Source: Eubacteriales bacterium (GTDB lineage: Bacteria > Bacillota > Desulfotomaculia > Desulfotomaculales > Nap2-2B). Taken from it: a stretch of 64,000 nt of DNA. The notes below the pieces were generated by a model. That model was not told the DNA's origin and did not search any database. It saw nothing but the letters and a program-made list of their open reading frames with translations. Shown here one piece after another: positions 26,915 through 36,551 of this stretch (the stretch's first letter is position 1; the number at the start of each line of letters is the position of its first letter). Made by a program: the position numbers and the translations under genes. The stretch is taken from assembly GCA_041653135.1 (NCBI GenBank), contig JBAZGB010000001.1, positions 23,999 to 87,998 of the forward strand, in the 5' to 3' direction.

Positions 26915-27691
26915 TTAATATAAGAAGTAAGTGTCTCCTTCCTGCGCAAGAACTACTGGGCGGCCATATCCTTCCTGCGCCTGGGAGCGTATTTGTTCAA
27001 GATCGCATTCAGGGTAAAAGTGGGTCAAAATAAGTTCCTTGACCTTTGCCTGTGCGGCCAGTTCCCCTGCCTGCCGTGCGGTAAAATGCAGTTCCTTAAA
27101 AGCTTCCAGGTCTTTATCGAGTCCGCTTGCTTCACAAAGAAAAATACCGGCTTTTTCAGCAAACTCAGTTAACTCTTTGCTGGGTATTGCATCCCCGGAG
27201 TAAACCAGGTAACCGGAACCCTCTATTCCCAAGGCATAGGCGCTCATAGTTGAATGCTGCACCGGAAGAAAAGTCACATATACCTCACCGATCTTTGCCT
27301 GTCGTATCTGTGCGCCGGAAGGCAGTTGTTCAACTGGAAGGTCTTCGATAGACATTACCTCAAACGCATCCGAGCAGGACTGCATTTCCTTAAAGATATG
27401 ATGCGGTTCCGACGGTAAAAACAGTTTTACAGGATTCCTTCGCAGACCATCCCTGAGAGCCCCTCTAGTGGCATGCCGCAGACAGTGCAAATCAACATAA
27501 TGATCAGGGTGCAGATGAGTTATAACAGCTGCCTTTATATCGGCGTGATGTATAAAATGACCTAAACGGCTGAAAGCGCCGTGTCCAAAATCAAGTAAAA
27601 TGTTGGCGCCGCCATCCTGCAGCAGATAGCCCGAACAAGCGCCGTCCACCGGTGTGTAAGGAGCCCAACATCCAAGAACGGTTAAGCGCAT
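26915..27691 (-). CDS. MBL-fold metallo-hydrolase
   Basis: HLHPDH metal-binding motif, beta-lactamase-fold length. Confidence 0.8.
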   Translation of the reverse strand: MRLTVLGCWAPYTPVDGACSGYLLQDGGANILLDFGHGAFSRLGHFIHHADIKAAVITHLHPDHYVDLHCLRHATRGALRDGLRRNPVKLFLPSEPHHIFKEMQSCSDAFEVMSIEDLPVEQLPSGAQIRQAKIGEVYVTFLPVQHSTMSAYALGIEGSGYLVYSGDAIPSKELTEFAEKAGIFLCEASGLDKDLEAFKELHFTARQAGELAAQAKVKELILTHFYPECDLEQIRSQAQEGYGRPVVLAQEGDTYFLY

Positions 27692-27883
27692 TTTTTACTT
27701 CTTCCCCCTTTGATAAAATATGCAGGGGTATTATATCACCATGGGATTACAAAAGGCAATAATCTGATATACACCCATTTACAATAAGAACAAGTCTGTT
27801 TAAAATAAAAAGGAACATGGTTTTGAATAAGGAATAAGCTGACATGAATAATGCATTAACGGGAAGGAGGGGCAATTACCAGA

Positions 27884-29188
27884 TTGGAAACTAAGATCCA
27901 GGAAATAACGCAGCAAAATATTATAACAACAGAAGAAGGCATTCCCCCCGCAAAAACACTTAGCGAATACGCCGAAATCGTCGGACCGCAGATTATAGAG
28001 GAACTGGTTAGGCTAGGAACAGCAATTAAAGGCCTTAAAGTGCAGCAAGTCAATTCCGCCCGGTCCGGCGGGGGTGTGGCTGAAATGCTTCGTTCAATAA
28101 TTCCGCTTGAACGGGTCCTCGGGCTCGATATGAACTGGGAAGTTATTAAAGGAAATATAGATTTTTTTAACTATACGAAAACAATCCACAATTTTCTTCA
28201 AGGTAAAATGGGAATTCCCGATCTCGTCGGAACTAAAGTATACTGGGATACAAACAAGACGAACTTTAAATTGATTGATCGGGACGCAGATATAGTTCTT
28301 ATTCACGATCCCCAGCCTGCCGGGCTGATCAAATTTCTCGATTCTGAAATAAGGAAAAAGCAGAAATGGATCTGGCGATGTCATATTCAGCTTCTGCCAA
28401 GAGATTTTTTTGTAACTGAGTTTTTAAGGACCCTGATCGAGTCCTATGACGCAACGATCTTTTCTTCACCGCAATTTTTGCCGCCGTGGAAAGTACCGTC
28501 AATTCTGATTCTTCCGTATATAGATCCTCTTTCTGACAAGAATAAAGAATTGACAGAACAAGAAATACAGGCTGTGCTTGATAAATATGGCATCGAAGAT
28601 CCAAAAAAGAAACCTCTTCTTACGCTCGTGTCCCGCTTCGATCCTTTTAAAGGACACCTGCCGGTTATAGAAGCTTTTAAAAAAATTCGCAGGATATTCA
28701 CCTGTCAATTATTGCTGGCGGGCGGAACAGCATCCGACGATCCTGAGAATATCAAGATCTTTGATGAACTGATCGAGAAATCAAAAAACATACCGGATAT
28801 TATACTTTTAAATCTTCCTCCGGACAGCCATATAGAGGTAAATGCCTTCCAGAGGGCATCAACTATAATTCTTCAGCCGTCTGTAAAAGAGGGTTTTGGA
28901 CTGACCGTAAGCGAAGGAATGTGGAAAGGAAAACCGGTAATTGGTGGTAATACGGGAGGCATACCGGCACAAATTATCGATGGTTATAATGGATTTTTAG
29001 TAACTCCCGGAGAAAAGGGCATACCGGAAATGATTGAAAGGGTAACCTATCTGCTGGAGCACCCACTGTCTGCTAAAGAAATGGGAAAGAGAGGAAGGGA
29101 AGGAGTTAAGGAGCGTTTTTTAATTACCCGAGGCATCTACGATGAATTACACTTGTTTAAGAATCTAATCCAGGGCTTAGAAGTATAG
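27884..29188 (+). CDS. GT4 glycosyltransferase, trehalose-synthase (TreT)-like
   Basis: VNSARSGGGVAEML...FFNYTKTIHNFLQG N-terminal region and C-terminal EGFGLTVSEGMWKGKPVIG (GT4 E-x7-E). TTG start. Confidence 0.7.
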   Translation: METKIQEITQQNIITTEEGIPPAKTLSEYAEIVGPQIIEELVRLGTAIKGLKVQQVNSARSGGGVAEMLRSIIPLERVLGLDMNWEVIKGNIDFFNYTKTIHNFLQGKMGIPDLVGTKVYWDTNKTNFKLIDRDADIVLIHDPQPAGLIKFLDSEIRKKQKWIWRCHIQLLPRDFFVTEFLRTLIESYDATIFSSPQFLPPWKVPSILILPYIDPLSDKNKELTEQEIQAVLDKYGIEDPKKKPLLTLVSRFDPFKGHLPVIEAFKKIRRIFTCQLLLAGGTASDDPENIKIFDELIEKSKNIPDIILLNLPPDSHIEVNAFQRASTIILQPSVKEGFGLTVSEGMWKGKPVIGGNTGGIPAQIIDGYNGFLVTPGEKGIPEMIERVTYLLEHPLSAKEMGKRGREGVKERFLITRGIYDELHLFKNLIQGLEV

Positions 29189-29202
29189 GAGGGAGAACTT
29201 TA

Positions 29203-30111
29203 ATGAGTATTTTATCAGCTATTGGCAATACCCCGCTTGTAGCTTTAAAAAACTTAAACAGCAATCCCGGAGTAAAGATATTGGCCAAGCTTGAAGGAAG
29301 CAATCCCGGGGGGTCGGTCAAGGACAGGCCGGCTTATTACATGATTAAAAGAGCTGAAGAGTCAGGTGAATTAACACATGACAGGATCATTTTAGAGCCA
29401 ACCTCCGGCAATACAGGAATAGCTCTGGCAATGATTGGAGCGGCAAAAGGATATAAAGTAACTTTGATTATGCCTGAATGCGTCAGTATAGAAAGACAGC
29501 TCATCTTAGAGGCACACGGTGCAGAGGTCATGCTTACCCCAGCGTGTGAGGCAACAGACGGAGCTATCCGGAAGGCCCATGAAATCGTGGAAAATAATCC
29601 GGAATTATACTATATGCCGAATCAATTTATAAACCTGAATAACATCATCTCTCACTACGAAACTACCGGGCCGGAAATATTTTCCCAGACAAACGGAGAA
29701 GTCGATATATTCGTGGCAGGAATGGGGACAACCGGGACATTGATGGGTATAAGTCAGTACCTTAAAGAAAAGAAGCCCGGCGTAAAAATTATCGGGATAG
29801 AACCGACAGTAGGGCATACGATACAGGGGCTTAAAAACATGACAGAATCTATTGTTCCTGCTATTTACGATCCTGCAATGCTGGACCGGATAATTGTCGT
29901 TGAAGATGAAGAAGCGTTTGAAACAACCAGGAGGCTTGCTCTGGAAGAAGGTATTTTCGCCGGCATGTCCAGCGGGGCAGCAGTGGCGGGGGCCCTTCGC
30001 CTGGCGGGTGAGATGGATTCCGGGACAATTGTTGCCCTGCTGCCTGACCGGGGTGACCGTTACCTCAGCACAACCCTGTTTAAATCAGTCTGCGGTAAAT
30101 GTCCTCCGTAA
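29203..30111 (+). CDS. cysK: cysteine synthase (O-acetylserine sulfhydrylase family)
   Basis: GNTPLV...NPGGSVKDRPA...TSGNTGIALA. Confidence 0.9.
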   Translation: MSILSAIGNTPLVALKNLNSNPGVKILAKLEGSNPGGSVKDRPAYYMIKRAEESGELTHDRIILEPTSGNTGIALAMIGAAKGYKVTLIMPECVSIERQLILEAHGAEVMLTPACEATDGAIRKAHEIVENNPELYYMPNQFINLNNIISHYETTGPEIFSQTNGEVDIFVAGMGTTGTLMGISQYLKEKKPGVKIIGIEPTVGHTIQGLKNMTESIVPAIYDPAMLDRIIVVEDEEAFETTRRLALEEGIFAGMSSGAAVAGALRLAGEMDSGTIVALLPDRGDRYLSTTLFKSVCGKCPP

Positions 30112-30183
30112 AAAGCGGAAAATTATTTTACAATGTTTTCCTTTCGATAATACATTTGGAGGGTAAGTTCCCCCTCCAAATTT

Positions 30184-31071
30184 CTATTTTACGGGTGAAA
30201 TATTGTCTGTAATTGTGTTAAGAACGGTATGTTTATGTCCAGGCAGGGATTCCAGATATTCTAAAGCCTCATTGGAAGTTTCGAATCCGTCACTTCGGCC
30301 AAGTAATCTTTTTATGAAAGAAACAAACGGATCTGACAGATTAAGAACTTTCTCCCAGGGCAGTTCAAACTGTGTTTCATCCTCAACATGGTTTGTAAAA
30401 AGATCCACTGCAACGACTCCTGCTCCGAACAAATCGCTGCCAGGGCTGATTTCCCTGCGCAACAGGGAGTATGTTTCATATCCGGGAATATTCTGCCCCT
30501 TCATTTTAAAACTATGAACAGGATAAATATATTTTAAAGCATTTCCTGAAGAAACGATTTCCACCGGATCAGGGCAAATAGGAAATTGAAGAGGATCAAG
30601 AAATCTTGCCAGGCCAAAATCAACTAAAAAGATTTTTTCCTCATTTACTATAAGGTTAGACAAACGAATGTCGCGGTGGATAACGGCGTTTTCTTTTGCT
30701 GAAGGGCAATGCAGTTCACCAAGAATAGCGAAAAGCTCTACTAATATATTCCTGACTTCTAGTTCACTGAAACGGCAGCCTGTATCAATTAAGTAACTTA
30801 AAGGCCAACCGGGTATATATTCCTGAACTATACAATAGACATCCTCCAGGGAAAAACTTTCAATAAACCTTGGTACTCCCCTGCACGTTATACGTTCCAG
30901 GATCTCTTTTTCCAACTGGAAGTACCGCGGAAAACCGGCGCTTTCTTCAGCATCGTCGAACAAAGCTTTTACAGCATATAACCGGCCGTTCTTTTCGACT
31001 TTTAGAACGGCCCCATAACTTCCCCGGCCGAGGTATGTCTTAAAGTAATATCCGCGGTGGGAATGCTCCTT
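30184..31071 (-). CDS. Ser/Thr protein-kinase-like domain with no start codon of its own (open frame begins right after an in-frame TGA)
   Basis: Hand translation downstream of TGA 31072-31074 gives KEHSHRGYYFKTYLGRGSYGAVLKVEKNGRLYAVKALFDD... (G-loop and AVK lysine), then HRDIRLSNLIV and DFGLARF. The first canonical in-frame start (TTG 30963) lies after the ATP-binding lobe. Confidence 0.7.
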   Translation of the reverse strand, partial: KEHSHRGYYFKTYLGRGSYGAVLKVEKNGRLYAVKALFDDAEESAGFPRYFQLEKEILERITCRGVPRFIESFSLEDVYCIVQEYIPGWPLSYLIDTGCRFSELEVRNILVELFAILGELHCPSAKENAVIHRDIRLSNLIVNEEKIFLVDFGLARFLDPLQFPICPDPVEIVSSGNALKYIYPVHSFKMKGQNIPGYETYSLLRREISPGSDLFGAGVVAVDLFTNHVEDETQFELPWEKVLNLSDPFVSFIKRLLGRSDGFETSNEALEYLESLPGHKHTVLNTITDNISPVK

Positions 31072-31386
31072 TCAGGAGGAAAACAGGCCTCCCAGAAAAC
31101 CTTTTTTACGCCGATGTTTTCTTCCGGAACTGCTGTTATGGTATCCGTAGGGCTGGTGCTCAGGCTGCGGTATATGTTGCTGCGGCGCCTGCTGCGGCGC
31201 TTTCTGCGGCGTCTGCCGTTGCGCAATCCCGCCTAATGCTCCTCCGCAATTAGGGCATGAAACCCACTTTGGTTCAACCTTGTTTCCACACGAAGGACAA
31301 AAAAGATTCCTGCTGACTTCAGCGCCGCAATACGGGCAGAATTTGAAATCGTTTTGAAGATTCTGCTGGCAGTTCGGGCAATTCAT
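31072..31386 (-). CDS. double zinc-ribbon protein with Pro/Gln-rich tail
   Basis: CPNC...CPYCG and CPSCG...CPNCG pairs. AGGAGG RBS. The stop TGA is in frame with the kinase domain downstream. Confidence 0.7.
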   Translation of the reverse strand: MNCPNCQQNLQNDFKFCPYCGAEVSRNLFCPSCGNKVEPKWVSCPNCGGALGGIAQRQTPQKAPQQAPQQHIPQPEHQPYGYHNSSSGRKHRRKKGFLGGLFSS

Positions 31387-31479
31387 TAGAAATACCTCCT
31401 ATTGACCAAGTATTACTTCTTTATACCACAATATACAGAATAAAGCAAATTTAGCAAATGAGGATAAACAGCAACTACC

Positions 31480-31721
31480 CTATCCTGAAAATTAATTTAC
31501 ATCAGGGAGGTCAACCGCCTATGTGCTCATGTTCGCTTCGGGCCGTCGTTGTCACGGTTCGCTCAGGTGCTCCGTGCCGGCAACGCCAACGGTTCGCTTC
31601 GGACAGAACCAGGCGGCGCTGCAAAGGCGGCATGGCAGGCGCGAGATACACCGAGCGTTAAATTCTCGACATCACAAAGTCTTTTCAAGAAACCTTGAGT
31701 GTGCCGCTGGTTTCGCACCGC
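31480..31721 (+). repeat. GC-rich structured repeat element, copy 1 (about 240 nt shared with copy 2)
   Basis: Colinear with 60057-60296. Two blocks of 56 nt and 50 nt are identical. Contains C(TTCG)G tetraloop-like motifs and the helix CACGG...CCGTG. Confidence 0.85.
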
Positions 31722-31943
31722 GGTTCTATAACCGAAGCTTCACCGGGCGCTGCAGCGGCACTTAAGCAATATCGCTCACCTGTAAACAACGACGCCCTTT
31801 AATTAATAGGGTTCTCTCGTTCTTTGAATGAGGGCTCAAAATCGCACTTGAGGCATTTGCTCTCCCCTATATTGATGATTTTCATCCTTCTAATGGTACT
31901 GCATTAGCAGTGCATAAACGTTCTTAGTTTGTGTTGTTTAAAT

Positions 31944-31977
31944 AAAAAAGGCTGTCCTGTTCCGGACAACCTTTTTT
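31944..31977. terminator. bidirectional intrinsic terminator downstream of sdhB
   Basis: A-run, AGGCTGTCC - 6 nt loop - GGACAACCT (one mismatch), then T-run. Confidence 0.7.
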
Positions 31978-32002
31978 ATACATGCACTCTTTATTGTTAT
32001 TT

Positions 32003-32779
32003 CTAGCCTGGAGCCGCTAGGCCGGGGCCTTTGGGTTTGCCTTTTAACCAGCGGTTGAATCCACGGAAAGCGGTCTCGCGGTTAAGTTCAGCAATAATTG
32101 AAACCAGCGGAATTTCCTTGGGACATACTCTCTCGCAGTTCTGTGCATTACCGCAGTCCGCAATTCCGCCGTCGCCTGCTATGGCGTCCAAACGTTCGTC
32201 CTTATACATGGCCCCTGTCGGATGGGCATTGAATAACTTTACCTGCGCCATACATGTCGGCCCCATGTAATTTGACTTGGGATTGACATAAGGGCAGGCT
32301 TCCATGCAGCACCCGCAGGTCATACAGCATGAAATTAAGTAACGTTCATCCTGAACGCCGGGAGCAACTTTAGGGCCGGGACCCATGTAATAAGTCCCGT
32401 CTATGGGAATCCACGCTTTGATCTTTTTCAAATTCTCAAACATTTTTTGCCGGTCAACCATCAGATCGCGGACCAAGGGAAATTTGGTCAGCGGCTGCAG
32501 GACGATCGGCTTACTTAGCGTATCTACCAGGGCAGCGCATGCCTGGCGGGCAGTTCCGTTGATCACCATAGTGCAGGCGCCGCAGACCTCCTCCAGGCAG
32601 TTGCAGTCCCAAATTACCGGGGTTGTCGGTTTGCCCTGCGCGTTGACAGGGTTTTTCTGGATTTCAAGGAGCAACGAAATTACATTAGCCTTGGGCCCGA
32701 CGGGAACTTTAAATTCTTCCCAGTACGGCCTGGAGCTGGGACTGTCCTGACGTTTAATTTTTAAAATAGCATCACTCAT
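32003..32779 (-). CDS. sdhB: succinate dehydrogenase / fumarate reductase iron-sulfur subunit
   Basis: Cys clusters CNCLEEVCGAC, CCMTCGCCMEACP, CGNAQNCERVCP. Confidence 0.93.
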   Translation of the reverse strand: MSDAILKIKRQDSPSSRPYWEEFKVPVGPKANVISLLLEIQKNPVNAQGKPTTPVIWDCNCLEEVCGACTMVINGTARQACAALVDTLSKPIVLQPLTKFPLVRDLMVDRQKMFENLKKIKAWIPIDGTYYMGPGPKVAPGVQDERYLISCCMTCGCCMEACPYVNPKSNYMGPTCMAQVKLFNAHPTGAMYKDERLDAIAGDGGIADCGNAQNCERVCPKEIPLVSIIAELNRETAFRGFNRWLKGKPKGPGLAAPG

Positions 32780-32782
32780 TTT

Positions 32783-34585
32783 TTATTTCGCCCCCTCCTT
32801 GCTCGTGGCGGCCTCTTTTTCGGCGCTCTCTTTAATTACCTGATCCTTGGTGACATCATAACGGCGCACCCTTGGTTTAACTAACGATATATCTACATCT
32901 TCCAGTGAAAATTGCGGTCCGCTCGGTGTCCATTTAGCTTTGGTGGTTTTCATCCAGTTCTCATCATCCCGGTTTGGATATTCAGGCATATAATGCGCGC
33001 CCCTGCTTTCCTTGCGCAGCAGAGCGCCTCCGACTATTCCCCTGGCTAATTCGAACATATTCCATAAGTGCCGGATAAATATGGCCGTCCGGTTGGACCA
33101 GCCGCCTGTGTCATAGACACCGAGTTTCTTATACCTCTGCATCAATTCTAAAAGCTTCTTGTCAGTATCCTGCAGTTGTTTGGTCGTGCGCACAACACCA
33201 GCATAAGTGGACATATATTCATTCATTTCGTCTTTAAGCACATAGGGATTTTCCGGGCCGTTAAACTTAAATATCTTATCCATGCCGGCTTTCTGCTTGG
33301 CCATTTCCGCATCAAAAACTTTACTTGAGACATCGCTGGAGGTTTTCTTAAGCGACTTGCAGTATTCCATTACTTTGTCCCCGGCTACTGTACCGGCGTA
33401 CAGGCAGGAAATAAGTGAGTTTGCCCCAAGTCTGTTGGCTCCGTGATATTGATATTCACATTCCCCGGCTGCAAACAGGCCCGGAATGTTGGTCATCTGA
33501 TTATAATCAACCCACATGCCGCCCATTGAATAATGCATTGCCGGGAATATTTTCATAGGCACTTTGGTTGGTTCCTCGCCTGCAAACTTACGGTAAATTT
33601 CCAAAACGCCGTGCTGTCTTTTCTCTATCCACTCGGGTTCAAGATGGGTAACATCCAGATAAACGGAATCTTGTCCGTCCAGGCCAAGTCCTAATTCGCG
33701 GCATACTTTAAAAATGCCCCTGCTGGCAACATCACGGGATACGAGATTGCCATAGGCAGGATACCACTCCTCCATGAAGAACCATGGTTTGCCGTCTTTA
33801 TATGTCCAAAGGCGTCCGCCGTCACCGCGCACACCTTCAGAAATCAGCCTCAGTTTATCTTCTCCGCCAATACATGTGGGATGAATCTGGATCATTTCCG
33901 GGTTTGCGTAATATACACCCTGCTGGTAGGCGCTGCTCGTCGGGCTGCCGGTGTTGATAATAGAATTCGTCGTTTTCCCGTAGACAGCGCCAAGACCGCC
34001 GTTGCACAGGATTACGGCATCACCCTGGAACGACCTTATCTCCATCGTTTTCATATCCTGGGCTACGCAGCCGCGGCAGACACCGTCGTCATCAACAACT
34101 GCAGACAGGTAGTCCCAATCTTCATATTTATTGACCTTGCCCTGCGTTTCCCAATAACGAACCTGTTCATCCAGAGCATAGAGCAGCTGCTGCCCCGTAG
34201 TAGAACCGGAAAAAGCAGTCCGGTGGACCAGCGTTCCTCCAAATCTGCGGAAATCAAGGTTGCCTTCCGGAGTACGCGTAAAAGGAACACCCATACGGTC
34301 CATAAGATAAATAATCCCCGGCGCTGCCTCGCACATTCCGAGCACGGGGGGTTGGTTGGCCAGATAATCCCCTCCCAGAAGGGTATCATCAAAATGGTTC
34401 CAAGGTGAATCTCCTTCGCCTTTAGTGTTCACTGCGCCGTTAATTCCACCCTGGGCGCATACCGAGTGGGACCGCTTAACGGGTACAAAAGAGATTAAAT
34501 CTACAATCTCGCCTTTCTCGGCAATTTTTATCGTAGCCATTAGGCCTGCAAGGCCGCCGCCTACAACAATAAACTTCAATTTCAA
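32783..34585 (-). CDS. sdhA: succinate dehydrogenase / fumarate reductase flavoprotein subunit
   Basis: FIVVGGGLAGL FAD motif, HSVCAQGG (His for covalent FAD), HYSMGG, ESRGAHY. Confidence 0.95.
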   Translation of the reverse strand: MKLKFIVVGGGLAGLMATIKIAEKGEIVDLISFVPVKRSHSVCAQGGINGAVNTKGEGDSPWNHFDDTLLGGDYLANQPPVLGMCEAAPGIIYLMDRMGVPFTRTPEGNLDFRRFGGTLVHRTAFSGSTTGQQLLYALDEQVRYWETQGKVNKYEDWDYLSAVVDDDGVCRGCVAQDMKTMEIRSFQGDAVILCNGGLGAVYGKTTNSIINTGSPTSSAYQQGVYYANPEMIQIHPTCIGGEDKLRLISEGVRGDGGRLWTYKDGKPWFFMEEWYPAYGNLVSRDVASRGIFKVCRELGLGLDGQDSVYLDVTHLEPEWIEKRQHGVLEIYRKFAGEEPTKVPMKIFPAMHYSMGGMWVDYNQMTNIPGLFAAGECEYQYHGANRLGANSLISCLYAGTVAGDKVMEYCKSLKKTSSDVSSKVFDAEMAKQKAGMDKIFKFNGPENPYVLKDEMNEYMSTYAGVVRTTKQLQDTDKKLLELMQRYKKLGVYDTGGWSNRTAIFIRHLWNMFELARGIVGGALLRKESRGAHYMPEYPNRDDENWMKTTKAKWTPSGPQFSLEDVDISLVKPRVRRYDVTKDQVIKESAEKEAATSKEGAK

Positions 34586-34610
34586 AACCCCTTCCCCTGC
34601 AAAATAACTA

Positions 34611-35243
34611 TCAACGTATTACACAAACCGCTTTATTTAAAAGAGTTAAGCCCGCAATACCAACAGCACCCAAGGCAATAAAAACTAATGTGCAGACGCA
34701 GCTGACAAAATTTTGCGCTTCTGAGCCGATTGTAATTCCCCAACTAATCAGAAAAGACCAGATGCCGTTGCAAAAGTGAAAAACAGCGGCCAGGTAACCG
34801 ATTATGTAAATTACGTAAATAGTAGGATCGGAGAGCCACCCTGCGATAGTGGCAAAATCCATCTCAGCCCCGGTAAAGATTCTGGCTATTCTCAGGACGT
34901 AAATATGCCAGAAAACAAAAAGGAATGTTACTATTGCCGTGAAGCGCTGCAAATAAAACATCCAGTTTCTGTAATACTTATATTGAAATGTATTGGTCTT
35001 CGAAATATAGGTTACCCAGACGCCATAGAGCGCATGGTAAAGTATAGGGATGCCTATTAAACCTATTTCAATATAGGGTGTCAGCGGCGACCTGTTCAGG
35101 AGTCCGATTGCCCAGTCGTAGGCTTCCGGCCCTTTAAAGATGAAAGAATTGATGCATAAATGTACACATAGAAAAATGCCCACCGGAAAGATTCCTGTAA
35201 AGGAATGCAGCCGCCGCGCTAAATAATGATATTTCTGCGACAT
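34611..35243 (-). CDS. sdhC: succinate dehydrogenase cytochrome b558 subunit
   Basis: 5-TM, 210-aa Bacillus-type SdhC directly upstream of sdhA. Confidence 0.85.
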   Translation of the reverse strand: MSQKYHYLARRLHSFTGIFPVGIFLCVHLCINSFIFKGPEAYDWAIGLLNRSPLTPYIEIGLIGIPILYHALYGVWVTYISKTNTFQYKYYRNWMFYLQRFTAIVTFLFVFWHIYVLRIARIFTGAEMDFATIAGWLSDPTIYVIYIIGYLAAVFHFCNGIWSFLISWGITIGSEAQNFVSCVCTLVFIALGAVGIAGLTLLNKAVCVIR

Positions 35244-35465
35244 TTTTTAACTCCCTTCCAACAGAGTTTCTAATCAACCAAAAAATTCAAAAAATAAATC
35301 CATTACTATTAAATCACATAATTTTTTGTATATTTTACTCCCCTTTACTCCACCCCCTTTTAAGTATACTTTTAAAACCTCCTCCTGCCAGACAATCCAG
35401 AAAAAAATAATATCTTTTGGGGAAGCATGTCCACATAATATTCTAGACCTTACTTTAAACCAATG

Positions 35466-36338
35466 TCAAGAATTTTCTCGTCTTTTAGCGGCGCTGTGGG
35501 CGGGATAAGATCCTAAGATACGCATGCTGACAGTATAACTTTTAATACATGATAGGGCATCACGAACATGAGCATCTTCACGGTGTCCCTCAAAATCGAT
35601 AAAGAACAAATAATCACCCAGCCTGCTTTTTGTAGGACGCGATTCAATATACGTCAGGTTAATCTGTCTTTTGGCAAATTCTTTTAGAATGTCACAAAGC
35701 GCCCCCGGGCGGTCATTGACAGATAAAAATAGAGAGGTTTTGCATCCCGGAACAGGCTTACTGTCCTGAAGAGCTATCACGACAAATCTTGTGGCATTTT
35801 CCGGATAATCGTTCACATTTCCGGCAAGAACGATAAGGTTGTATGTTTGTGCAACCAGACTGGTCCCTATTGCTGCCCATGGCCCTTGATGCAGCGACAC
35901 AAGCCGGGCAGCTTCGGCTGTGCTGATGACTTCCTTTTTTTGTGCCTGGTCTAGATACCGCTCAATGAAACCCCTGCATTGCGCGAGCGCCTGAGGATGG
36001 GAAACTACTACCTCAATTTCGTCAGGGCTGAACCGTCGACGCGCCAGGAGTTGATGAACAACAGGTATAATTGCTTCTTCCTTGATTTTTACTTTTTTAA
36101 ACTGTTGCGCCAGCAAATCAAGTATTATGTTAATAGGTCCCTCAGTTGAATTCTCGAAAGGAAGCAGCCCTTCTTCAAGTTCACCGGATTCAACTGCGGA
36201 TAAGATATCAACAAAGGAAGAATAACAAACTATGGCTGAGTCTTCACAATTATCACCTTTCTTAAGTCTGTCAGTGTAAAAGCGGGTTGCCAGTTCTGAA
36301 AAAGTTCCCGGCGGGCCTAAATAACCAATCCTTTTCAA
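35466..36338 (-). CDS. pheA: prephenate dehydratase (PDT + ACT domains)
   Basis: IGYLGPPGTFSE ... TRF ... C-terminal ACT with ESRP. TTG start after AAGGAGG. Confidence 0.9.
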   Translation of the reverse strand: MKRIGYLGPPGTFSELATRFYTDRLKKGDNCEDSAIVCYSSFVDILSAVESGELEEGLLPFENSTEGPINIILDLLAQQFKKVKIKEEAIIPVVHQLLARRRFSPDEIEVVVSHPQALAQCRGFIERYLDQAQKKEVISTAEAARLVSLHQGPWAAIGTSLVAQTYNLIVLAGNVNDYPENATRFVVIALQDSKPVPGCKTSLFLSVNDRPGALCDILKEFAKRQINLTYIESRPTKSRLGDYLFFIDFEGHREDAHVRDALSCIKSYTVSMRILGSYPAHSAAKRRENS

Positions 36339-36551
36339 TTATCAAACCTCCTTATCCGTGGTAAATAAAAATTCACAAAAGATTAAAAAAGCCCTAGCTG
36401 GATACTTGGCAAAAAGCTGCAGACTTTTTATGCTGTGCCCTGATTATTTCTTGATAAACTAACCGTCAACTCTTACTATTAGTACACTGTTTTATTAAAG
36501 CCGAGTATAGCATATTGAAAATACCTGCGCAAGATAGCTGTTATTGAGTGA

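Noticed and set aside
31072-31074. The in-frame TGA between the zinc-ribbon and kinase domains might encode selenocysteine.
   Set aside because: No convincing bacterial SECIS hairpin lies at the expected 10-20 nt downstream. The only stem (CGGCC...GGCCG) starts about 40 nt away and is short. A Sec residue in an inter-domain linker has no functional rationale. It stays open only as a read-through or pseudogene question.
31523-31765. ORF-track ORFs inside the repeat element (31523-31765, 31458-31661, 60098-60304) that encode Arg-rich peptides and are preceded by a GGGAGG sequence.
   Set aside because: The two copies differ mostly by non-synonymous changes, and one copy changes the internal ATG to ATA. 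The composition is Arg/Cys/Ser-rich like translated GC-rich RNA. Conservation is blocky rather than codon-periodic. I treat them as non-coding.
33881-34408. Long antisense ORFs within sdhA (33881-34408 plus, 34063-34392 minus alternative frame) and within sdhB (32403-32750).
   Set aside because: They lie fully inside genes with unmistakable conserved motifs on the other strand or frame. They have low-complexity Arg/Ala/Pro-rich translations typical of shadow ORFs.
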